From IMG/VR virus record IMGVR_UViG_3300030376_005986, positions 1,929 to 65,928 of that record: a stretch of 64,000 nucleotides of DNA, one strand, 5' to 3'. The stretch's first letter is position 1; each line of letters opens with the position of its first letter. This document shows, piece by piece, positions 35,660 to 49,900 of the stretch. This DNA comes from a virus. Lineage: Duplodnaviria; Caudoviricetes. The position numbers were made by a program, and so were the translations under genes. The notes below the pieces were generated by a model, which saw only the letters and a program-made list of their open reading frames with translations, ran no database searches and was not told the origin of the DNA.

Positions 35660-36504
35660 AAGAGAATGAGCTAGCACAAAAAGTTTCAGAGTTCCTTATG
35701 GAGAGGGGGACAGAAGAACCTAACGCAATGAATTGGGCATTAAGTATATTCAGAGACTCAATAGAAGAAGAGGATATACAGCCCAACAGTCAGGATATAT
35801 TTAAATATATAGAAGAGCTAAGAGATAAATACAAACCATCTAGTGTTAATTATATAGCTAACAGCATTAAAGGTTTCTTTAACTGGATGGAAGAGAGAGG
35901 TTACACTGAAGGAAATATTATTTCAAAGTTTCCTAAAGGACTCATTAAGATACCAAGAAAAGAAGCAGTAGTTTTTACAGATAAAGATTACTGGGATATG
36001 CTTAAAGCTTCAGAGGGTACAGACTGGAACTGTCTTATTAAGATTGGATGGAATACAGGCATGAGGATTAGTGATTGTGCTAAACTTTTATGGGAGTCAG
36101 TTAACTTAGGTCAGAAAACAATATCACTAAAGCCTTCCAAGACTTCTGATTATGATACCAAAATAGATATACCAATGAGCCCTGAGTTATATGACACCCT
36201 TCTTCAAAAGCATAACATAAAAGACGATGATAAGTATGTGATGAGGAGGATGGCTATAATAGCTATGGTTGGAAATGGTAATATTTCTAGGCATTTTAAA
36301 TATTTCTTAGATAAAAACGGCCTGTACGAAAAGGGAAAAACATTTCATGCTTTCAGGAGGACAGCAATATCCAAATGGTTATCGCATCCTAATGCAGATA
36401 TAATAACAGTTAAGCATTTAAGTGGTCATAAAAGTATAAAGAGTTTGCTTAGGTATATTCACCCTAGCATGGAGAAGAAGAAATTAATAATGGGTATAGA
36501 ATGA
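35644..36504 (+). CDS. Tyrosine recombinase / integrase
   Basis: TGMRISD (R), KPSKT (K), FHAFRRT (HxxR), SGHKS (H), RYIH (Y). Confidence 0.9.
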   Translation: MERNVKENELAQKVSEFLMERGTEEPNAMNWALSIFRDSIEEEDIQPNSQDIFKYIEELRDKYKPSSVNYIANSIKGFFNWMEERGYTEGNIISKFPKGLIKIPRKEAVVFTDKDYWDMLKASEGTDWNCLIKIGWNTGMRISDCAKLLWESVNLGQKTISLKPSKTSDYDTKIDIPMSPELYDTLLQKHNIKDDDKYVMRRMAIIAMVGNGNISRHFKYFLDKNGLYEKGKTFHAFRRTAISKWLSHPNADIITVKHLSGHKSIKSLLRYIHPSMEKKKLIMGIE

Positions 36505-37070
36505 TTGAGTATCCTACAATAGTCCTAGAAGGGGATGAGATTAAGTTAGCTGAGAAGAAAGCTCAGGAGCTTGTTGATTTCTTTATGCCCAGAATTAAGA
36601 GCAAACAAAGATCTGGATCTAGTATACAGAACTTAGATGAAAGACTTAAGAGGCTTCATCAAGATCAAATAACAGGGCAGTTAGCTCAACTAGGCGGGAC
36701 TATGTACCTAACTGGTAGTGACCAGATGTATAAACTTCAAAGGTGGAGTTGCATGAGGACTCCTGACAGGGGCGATGGAGGATATGATATACCCGGACTT
36801 AGTTTAGACTTTAAAGGTTCAAGACTAAGACCCACAAAGAAGCCTACAGATTATGTCCTTGCTGTTAGGGAGAACGAACGTAAGAAAGATTGGACCTATG
36901 GTTTAGTTGTTGTTGATAAGTTTAAGGATAAAGTTTTCTGTCACATAATGGGGTGGGTATGTGACTCAGAGATGAAGGATAGATTGAAAACTGATGGTCA
37001 ATTTTCTGGGGCATATGTTACAAGTAATTCAGAGCTGCATCCTTTTCCGAATATGAAGTGGGAACTATGA
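36501..37070 (+). CDS. Hypothetical protein (189 aa), possibly nuclease-like
   Basis: DGGYDIPGLSLDFKGS loosely resembles a PD-xxK arrangement. Confidence 0.55.
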   Translation: MIEYPTIVLEGDEIKLAEKKAQELVDFFMPRIKSKQRSGSSIQNLDERLKRLHQDQITGQLAQLGGTMYLTGSDQMYKLQRWSCMRTPDRGDGGYDIPGLSLDFKGSRLRPTKKPTDYVLAVRENERKKDWTYGLVVVDKFKDKVFCHIMGWVCDSEMKDRLKTDGQFSGAYVTSNSELHPFPNMKWEL

Positions 37071-37321
37071 ACATGAAAGCAAAGTTAGGGCAAATAAGAG
37101 AGGTCTTGAATAAATCAAGAGTTAGGAACCAGAACAAAACATACCAAGCTGTATGGTGTGAAGATAGTGGAAGGCCATTCCCTTTACTCATGACTGATAA
37201 TGAGCTTCACGATTTAAGGGAAAGAGCAGAAAAACATAAGGAAGATTTACCTGCTTTACAAATACCAATCCCTCCTAGGAGATCTTTCTTTAGTAGATTT
37301 TTTGGAAAATCTCGGCAGTGA
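37058..37321 (+). CDS. Hypothetical protein (87 aa)
   Basis: ORF track. Confidence 0.5.
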   Translation: MGTMNMKAKLGQIREVLNKSRVRNQNKTYQAVWCEDSGRPFPLLMTDNELHDLRERAEKHKEDLPALQIPIPPRRSFFSRFFGKSRQ

Positions 37322-37391
37322 AAAAGGGAGTTTGTCAACTAACTGCTGAGGCCCCGTCCCGTGAGTGCGGTGTTCGGGGCTATCAATTTAA

Positions 37392-37532
37392 AAGGTCAAG
37401 GAGAGTACCTACCAAATCCTCATCCTCAGAGGTTGACGTTGTACGATCTCTTTATCTGGGTAAACATTCAGCATCGTATGCACAAACCCGCTGTATGTTT
37501 TTTAAAGGGAAAGTTCTAACTCTCCTGACCTT
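37392..37532 (+). ncRNA. Candidate small structured RNA closed by a 14-bp terminal helix
   Basis: AAGGTCA(A)GGAGAGT at 37392-37406 pairs with ACTCTCCTGACCTT at 37519-37532, followed by a T-run. Confidence 0.35.
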
Positions 37533-37547
37533 ATTTTTTTTATAAAG

Positions 37548-37922
37548 ATGTCTCAGAAATTACCAACAGAAGTAGATATACTTAACCTAACCTACAAGAT
37601 TAACTGGATGGAACCTCCTGAAGAATCAGGTGCTGAACAGTTAGGACTGTGTGACTTCCAAGAACAAATCATATCTGTAACCAAGTCATTACCTAGGCAG
37701 TCAAGAGCCGAGACTCTATTACATGAAATTATTCATGCGATTAATCACGGCATGGGTGCTCCTAATAAAATAGACGAAGAAAAGTTTACTGGTAAGATGT
37801 CTATAGGTATGGCTACAGCTATCAAGCAAAGCCCTGAGGTTTGGAAGTGGATCATGAAAGAGATCTGCTACAAAACACCAAAGCCTAGAAAGAAAACAGT
37901 TAGTAAGTCCTCCGTAAACTAG
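37548..37922 (+). CDS. HExxH zinc metallopeptidase-like protein
   Basis: LGLCDFQEQIISV....RAETLLHEIIHAI. Confidence 0.7.
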   Translation: MSQKLPTEVDILNLTYKINWMEPPEESGAEQLGLCDFQEQIISVTKSLPRQSRAETLLHEIIHAINHGMGAPNKIDEEKFTGKMSIGMATAIKQSPEVWKWIMKEICYKTPKPRKKTVSKSSVN

Positions 37923-40900
37923 GGAACGGAACAGTTTGTTCTCTAGGGACTCTCCTTGAAAATCCCTTACTAGGTATAACAGATCTGTTGCCTCTAAACC
38001 TAGGAGAACGACCACCTATTCTTTTTAATCCATTATAAAAGTTAACTTCATTTATAAGATACTCGTTTCTTTGAGACTCATTTAAAGAGTTAAGAATTTT
38101 AGATCTTATAGAGCTAGTCACTGGTCCTTGAAGAGCTCCCCTGTAAGCATCTTTCCCTGCATAAATATTTCTAATCTTTTGAACAGGATTCTCATCACCT
38201 GCATTTTGAGAAGCAGCTATCGCTTGTTTAAAATGATGGTTAAAAGAATTCCAGTCCTCAAGCATTGCATAGTTAACCATTAGCGAAACTTGCACAGAGG
38301 TTGGTGAAGATGTTTGACCACCTCCAGTGTAGTTAGATCTCCTGACTCGATCTCTTGGGGCATACCTTCTTATAAGCCTCATGTTATCTCTTACCTTAAC
38401 GGTTCCAGCAATTGGACCTATTCTGTTAACTAAGTATCTAGAATTAGGATACATTTGCTTTGTGAACATAACTAAATTTCTTTCTAAAGCTCCACCACTA
38501 ATACCTTCAAAGGTTACTTTAGATAGGAAGTTCATAGTGTTAGATATTTTATTTTGTATAAAGAAATCATACCCTTGACCAACAGGAATTTCATCGTTAA
38601 GCCACATGTTAAAAGGAGCATTAATCATAGGGAATCCACTAAGACCATAAAGGAGTGTTCTTTGTATGCCCTTACCTATTGTTTGTTCTTCCCAAGGTTG
38701 CCTCCCTGCTTTTACTTCCCCGAACAAGAACTTATATATCATCCTTAGAAGTTCTTCCTGAGTTGCAAAACTAACAGCAGCTACTGTCATCATCCCCATT
38801 AAGACTACAGCTAATTGAATCTTTAAAGAATCTATCCCTCCAGTTTGTTTCCCTCTAGGTGATTTAGATAAATACTGAATACTGTTAAAAGCTGCTGAAA
38901 CAGACCAACCTATAATAGCTAATAAGAAATTTGAGTTCGCTTGAGTTTTAGTTTGGATGGGTCTGTTAGCTACAGTTGCAAGGTTCTCAGAAGTAACAAG
39001 TCCTATCCCTAATTGTGCTCTTTGTTCTGTGGTTAGAAATGTAGCATCTTTATTTGTGTCTAGTTCTTTAAGAAACCTTAACGCTTCAGCGTGGTAGTCT
39101 ATAGCTGAATGACTAAACATTTCTTCAAGTTGAGCCATAGATGTTTCATTTGCTTTGAATATAAACTGATCACCAAACGCATCAGTAGGTGTTAAGACAT
39201 CTGACTTACCTTTGCTTTTAGGGATAGAAGGATCTGGATCGTTATATCTTTCCCATATTTTATTTCCATCTCTTCTATGTAAATCTTTAAGTCTTATCTC
39301 TAAGACAGACATTGCAGTGTTAGCAAATCTAAATGAAATATTATTACCTACTGTATCAAATATTCTAGGTAATGCCATACCCGGAATCTCTGCTAAGAAA
39401 AGTGCTGATCCATTATACCAAGTAGACAGGCCGCTTCTTAAATCACTTCTAGATCTCAGCTCATCTTCTCTTTCTATTCTTCCTCTAGTCTCAACACTCT
39501 CAAGATAGTTATCAATCTTTCCTTGAACATTAATTCTAGATGTGTAACCAGCTTCATTTAATCTTCTTAATGCAGAGTTTATTTTAAATTGACCTAAGCT
39601 AATGTCTTCCACAAAAGGTTTGTTAAGGAACTCATCTAGAAATGTTGACAATACTTTCGATCCTTTACGTGTTTTTACACCCTCTAATGCTCCCTTTCCT
39701 ACACCCTTGGTAAATCCTACTCCAAAAGTAAGTCCACCTTTTACAATCTCCTTGAGCATATCAACAGCAAATCCTTTATGTAATGTAGCGTTACCTCCAA
39801 ACATTGAAACCATTCTCATGTTTGATCTTGTAGCGGTCCCCCAAACATTAACTAAACCTGTTGTAAGTAATTGAATAGCAACCATAACAACATCACCAAA
39901 CACTCTTCGGTAGGTCCTGTTAATTTGCATCTCAAACTTTTTATCTTTCTCAAGGAACCCTTCAAGCTCAACTATCTTAGATTGTATAGCATTTAAATGG
40001 TTCTCTGCTCTTTCGTAATCTAAGAAGACCTTTCCATTTTGCACGCTTTGCTTCTTGTCTTCTAAGAATTCATTTATTAAACCATTGTTAGCTGCGTCTT
40101 GCTTTTCTTTAACAGCAATATCTAATTCACCAGCTACTGCTTTTAATGATGCTATGAAACTGTCTAAGTATTGAACAGCAGACTCATTGATCAAGTTGTG
40201 AACAGTAGCGGTCTCGAAAGATCCATACTCATAATAAAAGTAATTTGCTACAGCCTCTTGTCTTGAGGTTGTGAAAGGAGAATCACTTCTTGTTTTCTTA
40301 TATTCTACTCCAGATGAAGCATCAATAGGCTCATGCATGAATTTATTAAACTTATAAGATTGAGATGTCATCTCTCTTATTAATTCATACAAGGATTCTT
40401 TTGTGTTTAAATTAACAGGCTCTTCCTCTTCACCTAACTTAGTTACATCTACAGATCTATTTGAAAAGAACATAGCAAGATCTGTTAAGTCTTTTATATC
40501 TCCATTTAAAACAGCATCTCTAGCTTCATCGTAAACCCCTTCAGTAAAGTAAGGATCAGTTCCATTTGTTATTCTTCCTTCCCTGTTATCTAAGAAAGGT
40601 AATACATATCGTTGAAAGTTACCCCCTATTAATTCAATTATTGAATCACCTCTTTTATTTTTATCCGCATACAAGTCTAGCTTAAGCTCTCTTTTTTCTT
40701 TATCAGTTTTATCTTCAAGTGAATCAATGTCATCAAACTCTTTTTTATTGTCGTCTAATATGTTTGATATTTTTGAGGATAAACCTAAAGCAAATGTGGA
40801 GAATCTTTTAGGAAGAGTGTACTCAGTATCTTTTAATGCTCTTCGTCCAAACTTTCTTGGGGATTTTTTATCTCTCGCTTTTAACTCTTCATTAGTTCTT

Positions 40901-43900
40901 CTCCCAAGAATAACATCTCCCCTTCCTTTCTTAACATCTAAAGCAAATAAATCACCAAAGGCTTTTACTTGAAGTTTAAGAGCTGCAATATCCTCTTTAG
41001 TTACAGTTTTTATTTTTGTTGAATCGGAAACAGTAGCTACGTCACCTACTGAAGGAAGCCTTCCTGTTACATTTGCTAAAGCAAATAACCTTTGACCTAT
41101 AGAATTCCTCCAGTCAGCAACCCCTATAGGTCCTTTCTGAAATCCGTGAGATCTTGCCGCATCAAACAGTGCAGCTTTTATATCCTCTTCATATTTCTTG
41201 CCCCAATCTACACCACGCTCAAGAGTTAAAGCCCAGTTATCTAAATGAGTTGTCGCAAGTTTAGATGTAAAAGTTCCTACTGAAGATAATAAATTTTGCA
41301 AAGGCCTGAATCCAAAAGCATCTGAATCCATTACATTCCTTAACATCTTCCCATCCCTGATTGTTGGGCCTAGTAATGTTGCGACAGCGTGATCTCTTAA
41401 CTCTATCCAAGCAGGAGTAAATGGATCATCTTGATTTTCAGGATCATTTATCCATTGATTAATGCTATCTATGTATTGAGACAGTTTTAATAACTCCTGT
41501 TCTCTTCCTTCAGTATCACTTAAATCCCATTTAATGCTAACACTTTTCTCTTGTTCTGGATGAGGGAATAATCCTTCGCCTTGAGTTAGTTCCATCTGCT
41601 CCACAGGCTTAGCTTTTATTACCTCTGAAGATATCTTCCTAGCTTTACTGAATTGCTCATGCTCAACTATTCTTCCAGCAACTTCAGCAGCAATTTTTAT
41701 GTCATTGTTTGCTCTTATCTCATTTAAAACTTTCCTTCTCAATGAAAGAAATAATCTGTTAGCAACTGCTAGTTCACCTGTTGCTGTATTGTAATCTTTT
41801 AGTAGCTTGTCTATTGCTCTTTTACGCCCATCAACTTTTACAAGAACACGCTTACCTCCTCTTGTTGCGAACTCTTTGTCTGTTGCGAATAGATTAGAAA
41901 TCTCTTGCTCGTATTCACTGTAAGCTTCAAATGAATCACGCAAAGTTTCTTCAGATACTTTATTTAAAAGAACATCATTCTTATGTTTCTGAAGTATGTG
42001 GTCAGCTGCAAACTTTACTATAGGATCAACCTCAGAGAATACCTTTTCCATTGTTTTTGTATTCCAAGATCCCTTCTTTAAATGTTTTCTATAAAGTCCT
42101 TTCTCTACTATGTAAGCAAAAACAAGATCTCTCCAAGTAGCCTCCTTGCCTTCCCTATTTATACCTTTATGCAAAATGATTTGAGCATCAGCATTGTTCC
42201 ATACAGTGTTATAAAAATTCTCTATGGTTTTAAATATCTCAGGGCCAACAAGTTTATCATCTAGTTGACTTGATAATCTATTTAAATCAAATCCATATTT
42301 AGTTAGCAATTCTAAAGCTTTAGATTCTGCTCCATCAGCTTTCACTTTTTCAAGTAGGTTCTTATAGAACATCTTAAAAGAAGAAACAGAATTGCGAGCA
42401 GCTTGCTTAGTAGAAAACTTATCCTTAACTTCATCCATTAAAGATATTAATTTTTCTTGCTCAGATTCAGAGTCTATAGTTTTAGCCTGCTCCCTTAATC
42501 TCTGATAAGAAATAACAAACTCTTCTGTGTTCTTGAAGAACTCTTTGCTAACCTGCTCCCATATTGAAACAGGAAGTTCGTCTTTTATTTTATGCAACTC
42601 AAGATAACCTTCAGCATTAAATATTAAACCGTTAGTAGTTTCTTGGTTCTCTTCAAGTATCTTTCTAATAGCCTCAGAGTTTTTAACACTTGCAAGGCTT
42701 GCTGCTTTTTTAGAAATTTCAAAAACATCATCAGTCTCTGTGACAAACTCTCCGTCTTTAAATTTAGTTTTGCCAAGCATGTTCTTGAACTCTTCTTCGC
42801 CTTCCATATCTTTCAAAACTTTTTGATACAAGTCGTATATCAAATTATGAAAAGACCCAGCTTCAAGTGACACCCTTCTAGCAGCTTCAACATTACCTTC
42901 TTCTTTTAAGGCTTGATTCCTTACGTTAAACTTAATTGCTTTTTGTAAGTCTTTCGGGGTTTGTATTGAAGCGTTAAGATTAGGACCAGCAGTAAACATT
43001 TGCCTTTCAACAGTGAACTCACCTGATTTGAACTTAGACAAAACTTCTTTAGCAAATTTTCTTTCAGGTGAAACTAAACCCAGCTTGTTAAACACCCATT
43101 CTAAAAGATCAGATAGATAAGACTTAACTCTAGATGTAAACCCAACTGGGTTTGTTTCTGGTAATAGTTTATTAATATCAGCCTGACCTTCTTTAGTCAT
43201 AATGTAAGCAAAGAACTCGTTATCATTTATTAAATGATACATATCACTAGCCCTTTCCCCGTATTTATCTATATAAGACTGAAAACTATCTACGCCTAGT
43301 TGATTAATAGAATCTATTCTAGATAGAATGTCGTTAGCTATTTCAAGCCTGTATCTTAAGCTACCATCTGGAGTACTAGAGATTACTTTCTTTAATGCTT
43401 TCCTTCTCATCTCAGTTACATTCTCTTGCATGTCCTGAGGAATAAACGCATGAAGGTAGTGAGAAAATTCATGAACAAAACTGTCAGCTGTCTTACCTTC
43501 TAAAGGTATAGAAATAGTTTTCATTGCCTCTACAAATGAACCACCTAATTCAAAACCTCTATCAGTTCTAAGTGATGTGCTTATAGAGAGAGTTAATTCT
43601 TTTAAATATTTTTCAGGAATATTACTAAGTAAGATAATAGCCCTGTCCACAAAACCAGCCCCAAGTTTATCTCTGTTATCTTCTAGTAACTGGACTATAC
43701 CATCTGCTCCTATAGCAGATCCGACTTCTTCAGATCGTTCTGAATCACTAGCCTTAACACCTGTTACAAGTGCGTCACTATCATAAGGAGCACCTTTTTG
43801 TATAGGTAGGTCAGGAGAAGGTCTATCAGATTTAACTGTTGTATAATTTTTAGGAAGAGTGTTGCTGAGTGTGACAGATAAATACTTACTAGTAAGTCTA

Positions 43901-46900
43901 TCTAGACTAGCCTCGCCACTGCTTGCATCTCTTAACTTGCTTAATAAAATTTCAGGATTAGAGTCAACCTCTTTAAGTGTTCTTCTTAAACTATTTAATT
44001 GAGTCTGAGCTGATCTTTCTTTTTTATTCAATTCACTTTCAAGTGATTGATCTTCACGATACTGTCTCTTTATTTCTTCTGTTACCTTCCTGCCAGTTCG
44101 AGATCCTTGTTCAATTATTCTTTGTTGAATAGTTTTTACTGAACCAAATTCTATTCTGTTCTTTTTAGCCTCTCTATATTCTTCTTCAGCCTTACCTATT
44201 TGAAGTTCAAGATTTCTTGTTTCATCTTGAATGAACTTACGCTCTTCTAAATCCTCTATAACTCTAGGTTCAAAAGGAATATCAAGAGAACCAGCAAGGT
44301 AATCTAATACCTGAGCTCTTTTATTTGAATCTAAACCAGTAAGCTTTTTAACTATAGCAGATCTTTCTTTCATTCCACTTTCAGCAGCAAACAGCTCTAT
44401 GAATTCATCAAAAATTGAACCTATTATAATTTGTTTTATATATTTCCTGCTACCTTGTTTTAAATCTTGTTCAGTTAACTGGTCTCTGTTTTTAGGCATG
44501 AACTCTCTAGCGTATTCAGTAATCTTATCTTGAATCTCTTTTCTTATTTCTAATTTTTCTTGAGTGAATTCTGAATCAGTCATTCCTTCAGGAGTAATCG
44601 GACCTAAATAGAAACCAGAGTTAGAGAAAGCTGGATGCTCAAGTATTTTAAACGGATCTCTAAGCTCTAATGTTTTATATAACTTGTAATATAAAGTGGC
44701 TGGGGTTTCAGTTCTTCCAGACTTCTTAAGATCAAGTTTAAAGAACTCACCATCTCTACCTTTATTTTTTGCAGTCCCTGTTTCTCTGAATTGATCCTCA
44801 CTAAATCTATTAGATAAAGATATAAGCATTCCAAACATTACTCCGGGGTCCATAGCACCAGCACCACCCGTAAAGAATGAATCAACTATCTGCTTAAAGA
44901 CTATACCTTTCTTTCTTATCTTTCTAGTAGTGATGCCGAACTTGCCAGTAGATTCTGCACTGATCTTAGCTCTCTTATCTAAGATGGCTAATAATTTCCT
45001 ACCTGCCTTAACTCCACCTGATAAGTAATCCCGATTGTCTTCCTCTTTGGCTGTCAGTAAAGTTCTCTTAGGTCTTCCAGTTTTTTTAAGCCATTTAGGG
45101 TCAGTCTTCCTCTTAAGTTTTTTCTCTTTAAGATCCTCTTTAAGTTCAAGCAGCTTAGGTTCTAAATCATTTTCTAATATATCTTCTATTCTCCTGTAAT
45201 CATTTCTATCTAGAGTGATTTGTGAATCAGATTCGCTAGAAATTATAAACTTAAAATCTCTTGCATATGTATATTCTATATTCGTCAGTGGACTTCTCTC
45301 ATAAAAATTCTTTTTAGAATCTCCGTAAGATCTCCTAAGCATAGACCTTTCTTTTTCTTTCTGAGTTGGCTTTGTAAAAACAATTAAGTCCTCTTCTAAA
45401 TCACCAAGTGTTTCTACTCTAGATCTTCTAAGATTCTCCTTTTGATCTAAATGATACTGGTATCTATTGCCATCAAAATATTCTAACTGAGCAGCATCAA
45501 ATCCAAACTGCTCACCAAGCTTCTTATCCATAGAAGTTATAACAGTAGAGATAGCTAATAATTCTTTAGTAAGTTCCCTGAAACTATCCAAAGTTCCTTT
45601 AATATCTGTAAGCTCAGCTAAGGCTGTATATACATCAGATCCTAACCCGTATCTCAAAGTAAAACTATCTATATAGTTTTTTATCCCGTCTTCATCTAAA
45701 TTTAAAACATCAGGGTATGAATCAATATCTCCAGTAGCACTGTAAGATTTTGGGTTTGCTAGTATTTTATCTACAGTAAAGTCACTAGCAGTTGGTGGAT
45801 TTATTTGGTCTTCGGAAGCCCAACCCATTGCTTCCAAAATTAAATAACCTTCATCCTTTTGTTTTAATTTTTCAACAACCTCATTAGTTCTTTTTGCTAT
45901 GAGACTTAATAATATATCTTCTCTTTGAAATGATTTTATATATGACTCATGGATTATATCTCTTTCTTCTTTGATCTTATTAAATCTGTCTACAAAGATT
46001 TTAATCCTGTCTTCTTGTGATGTATATACACTGGATGATTCCATCCTTTGTATATTTTCTTTCTTCAAAAGATCATAAAGTAAGTATTGAGTTTTATCTC
46101 TTGCTTGTAACTCAGTACCATCAAATAATAAAAAGTCAGTGCCTCTAAGTTCTAAGAACTTATTCCAACCAATAAGCATTTCTTTTTGAAACTGAATTAT
46201 TTTTTCTCTAAACTTATTATCTGATAAATCATTACTTTGAATTGTATCTATTAGATTTTTTCTTGCTTCTCTGAATGCTTTGTTAGCCCTTCCTATTTCT
46301 GTATCCTCATAAAATTCACCTGCGATAAATTTCCTTACCTCTTCTTCTTCCTCGCTTCTTTCAAGAACATCAGCAGGAGATACTTCACCTACAGCATCAG
46401 CGTCTGGATCTTTCGCTGCAACAATATCATCCTTAGTAGAGATGAGTTCAGTAAGATTAGCGTCCTTAGCTTCATCTGTTGGACGAAACCTTCTGTACTC
46501 ATCACTCTTATACTTAACTGATTTTAGTTCAATGTCATCGTTATAAAGACTAGATATTTCATTATAGAGGTTAGATATATCAGAACCTTCAACTTTCCCT
46601 TCAGGGCTTATGTAATTTCTTATTCTACTTACAACGTCTTCTGCATAAGCAATGTCTACCCTTAACTTTGAAGGAGTATATTCCAGATCTTCTTGAGAAG
46701 AGTAGTCTAAGTTAGTGGCTTGAATTTCAATTTCATCTGTTGGGGTATCTTTTTCAGTTAGTGTTCGTTCTTCTAAGACAGTTATTCTTTTTTTAATTGA
46801 CTCAAGAAGCTCTTTAGCATAACGGCGATCCTCAGGTTTAAGGCTCTGCCTTTTTTGTCCTGCTTTAGAAAAGAACCTGTCTTTCTGTGGTATTGTTAAA

Positions 46901-49900
46901 TCAGTAACAGGTTTAAAGTTATCAGGGTTATCAGGTTTGTTTTGTATTTCAAAAGTTGATTTGGTTTCTTGTTTACCTTTACTTGTTGTTACCCTTCTTT
47001 TTGTTTCAATAACTACCCCATACTTTGGAAGGTCTATTGCTTTAGGAACTATTCCGTTTATAGCGTTATCAAGTTTCCTTGCGTAAGATTGCAACCTCCT
47101 TAACTCTGTTCTCTCTGATGCAAGTGGGCCTAATTGTTTTTCTGTTAAAGAAGCAAAATGATCTAAGTGTATATTAACAGCATCTTCAAACAACTTAACC
47201 AGATCAGAAATAGTTTTTTCAGCTATGTACGATCTATTTAGATTAGCTATTCTTTTGTATGATTCAGACTTATCTTTTTTAAGATTTGCATATCTAGGAT
47301 CTTTCACTAGATCTATAGCGTTAGATATAAATCCTCCTAAGTTTTCTTTTTGAGAAAATAAAATTTCACCTGAAGTACTATTAAAGAAATCCTTAAGCCT
47401 TTTGGATTTTGCTGCTTGCTTAACAAGAGTAACAAATTCTTCACGATCAAGACCTACCCAACTAATATCTTCAAGGAACCTAGGCCCTCCTTTTTTGCTT
47501 TGATATTCCCAATTCTGTCTTTGAATAACCCCGCTATCATCAACTATTAAAGACTTTGGAATATGTGCAAACACAACAACTTTTTCTCTGCCTTTTATTT
47601 TACTTCTTTGAATTTGAATCTGATCCATTCCGTCCTCGTTCAAGGTATAGGAAACCTCACTAGATCCTTTAGCTTTAATGCTTACCACTAAACCTCTAGC
47701 ACTAGAGAAATCAAGAACGGCATCAGACTTAACTCTGTTTTTATTAAAAAGAGAAACTGGTTTGTTCCCATCCATAAGTTGAACAGAGTCAGTATCCAAC
47801 TTGAATACATTTACGTTACCAAGTGTTACGAAGTCACTGCCATAATCCATAGGGAAGTCTACATACTGGGATAACTTATCTAACATTCTAGAAATAATAG
47901 CCTGCTCTTCATTGTAGTCCCCTTCTTCTAGATTTTTATCAACCAGATTTTCTATATCTGACCCACCTTCAGCGATTACAGCATCAAACAATTTACCTAC
48001 AAAGTCTTCTGGATTGTCTTTGAATGATGGAAGATGTTCTCCAAAATCATACAGATCAAGATCGTCTACTTCCTTTGCAAATTTCTTTACAACTGCACCA
48101 CGTAAATCTTTTTTATTGTAAGTTTTTTTCTTGTTAAGCTTTGCGTTTACAATGGCTTGTTTTATATCAACGATAATTAATCTAATGAAATCATTTAAAT
48201 CTTGAAGTGCAGCAACTGGATAACCAGTTATGTCTACTATCCTTTTTCTTCTTTCTGCTATCTTATTAAGAATATTCTGAGCCTCTTGTTCTCTCTTGCC
48301 TGTTAAGATAATACCGCTAACTCCCCTTGTTTTCTTGGTAGTTTTTTTCTTAGCTTTAGGTTTCGCTTTAACTCCTTCTTTAGTCTTAACTATTTTAACT
48401 CCTTCAGATTTAGTCTCAGTTGTAGTTGACGCATCTTTAGTTGATCTAGTTTTTGATCTTGGCCCTGTTAAGATTTCATCTAGGTCTGCTCTCTGATCAT
48501 CTCCAGCAGCACTCTCAGCTTCTTTTTGAAGGGTTTCAAAATCTTTAAGTATACCCTCTTGTTCTTTAGTAAGCTTACCCCCTTTAGCTACAAGAGAAAT
48601 ACCTTCGCTAGGCTGGCTAGTTTTATAATACTCATCAATAGTTACTTGAAACCCTTCTTGGTTTTCAAATTTAACAATAGCAGTGAATTCAATTGGAGCT
48701 TCAGGTCTTGCTTTAGTAACACGTTTAATATCCCTTATAATACCAACTTGCCTAGACTCACCCCTGCTAGGAACTTCAACTATTAAAGATTTCTCAAGTA
48801 CTTTCTTTATTGCATTTGCTTTTGCAGATTCACTCTTACCTGTTTTAGAATCAGTATCTTTCTTTCCGTAACCTCCATACGTTCTTTTTATAGGCGTTTT
48901 AGATCTGTCCCTTCTTAAGCGTGCCTCTTGTTTGTCTCTTGCTTTTTGAAGATCAGCTGGGGTTATTTTCTTTTTAGTGCGAATGACAGCACCAGCCTCT
49001 TTAGCCATCTTTTCTTCAAGGGCTTTTTGTTCTTTATCGCTAGCTATCTTGCCTTGAAGTATACCTAATTTTGCATTTCTTTCTAAAGAAGTTTCAGTGT
49101 ATTTAGGATCGTTAACAGTATCTATATTTCTTAGACGCTGCTCGCTTTCAACTTCATCTTGTGTTCTGAATGTTCTTGTTCTTCTACCTCTAGTTGCAAT
49201 TAAAGGAACTGGATCAGGTTCGTTTGCACTGTCAGCCCAAATAGATTCTAAAACTTTACCGTTTTTATTAACCTTAGTTATTAAAGCTTCAACCTCTATA
49301 GGGTTTCCATCAAAACCTATTATATTATGAAGATAAGTCTGACCTACTTCGTACTGAGATTCTGGATTGTTATAAGGAGCTTGGCTTTCTGTTAATACGG
49401 GAACAGGTTCAGCAACTCTAGGATCTCTCCCAAAAGGTGCTGATTGACTTGGATCAACTCCAGCTTGTGTTGCAGCATTGTTTAAATTCTCTTTAGACTT
49501 TGTTTCTAAATCAGCTTGAGCTTGAGCTTCGCTAGCTTCTTTATCTGCATTTGAATCACCAATTCTGTCTTTATATTTTAAAAGAACTGATTGAGCTTTT
49601 GATTCTAATTCTGTTGCTTGACTTTCAGAGAGTGATGTTAGACTTGGAATCCTCTCCTTTATATTTTCAATAGCACTATATTCTTCTTGAGTTGGTATAT
49701 ACTCTAGGTCATCTAATTTTTTCTCTATTCTTTCTATTGTTAGACCCATTGTTGAAGCAAGTATAACACTTCCTCCTTCTTCTTTTTTAGCTAGTTCAGC
49801 TACTCTTTTATAAGTTGTATCTACAAGATCTTTGTCTGCTTTTTTATTAACAGCTGTATAATAATTACCCGCACCACCAACAGCACCAATAGGTGCAGCA

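Noticed and set aside
37318-37545. 75-aa GTG-start ORF
   Set aside because: No SD or coupling support and implausible composition; the region is better explained by RNA structure.
35644-37550. attP site near the recombinase
   Set aside because: No core or arm repeats or tRNA-like fragment identifiable by eye.
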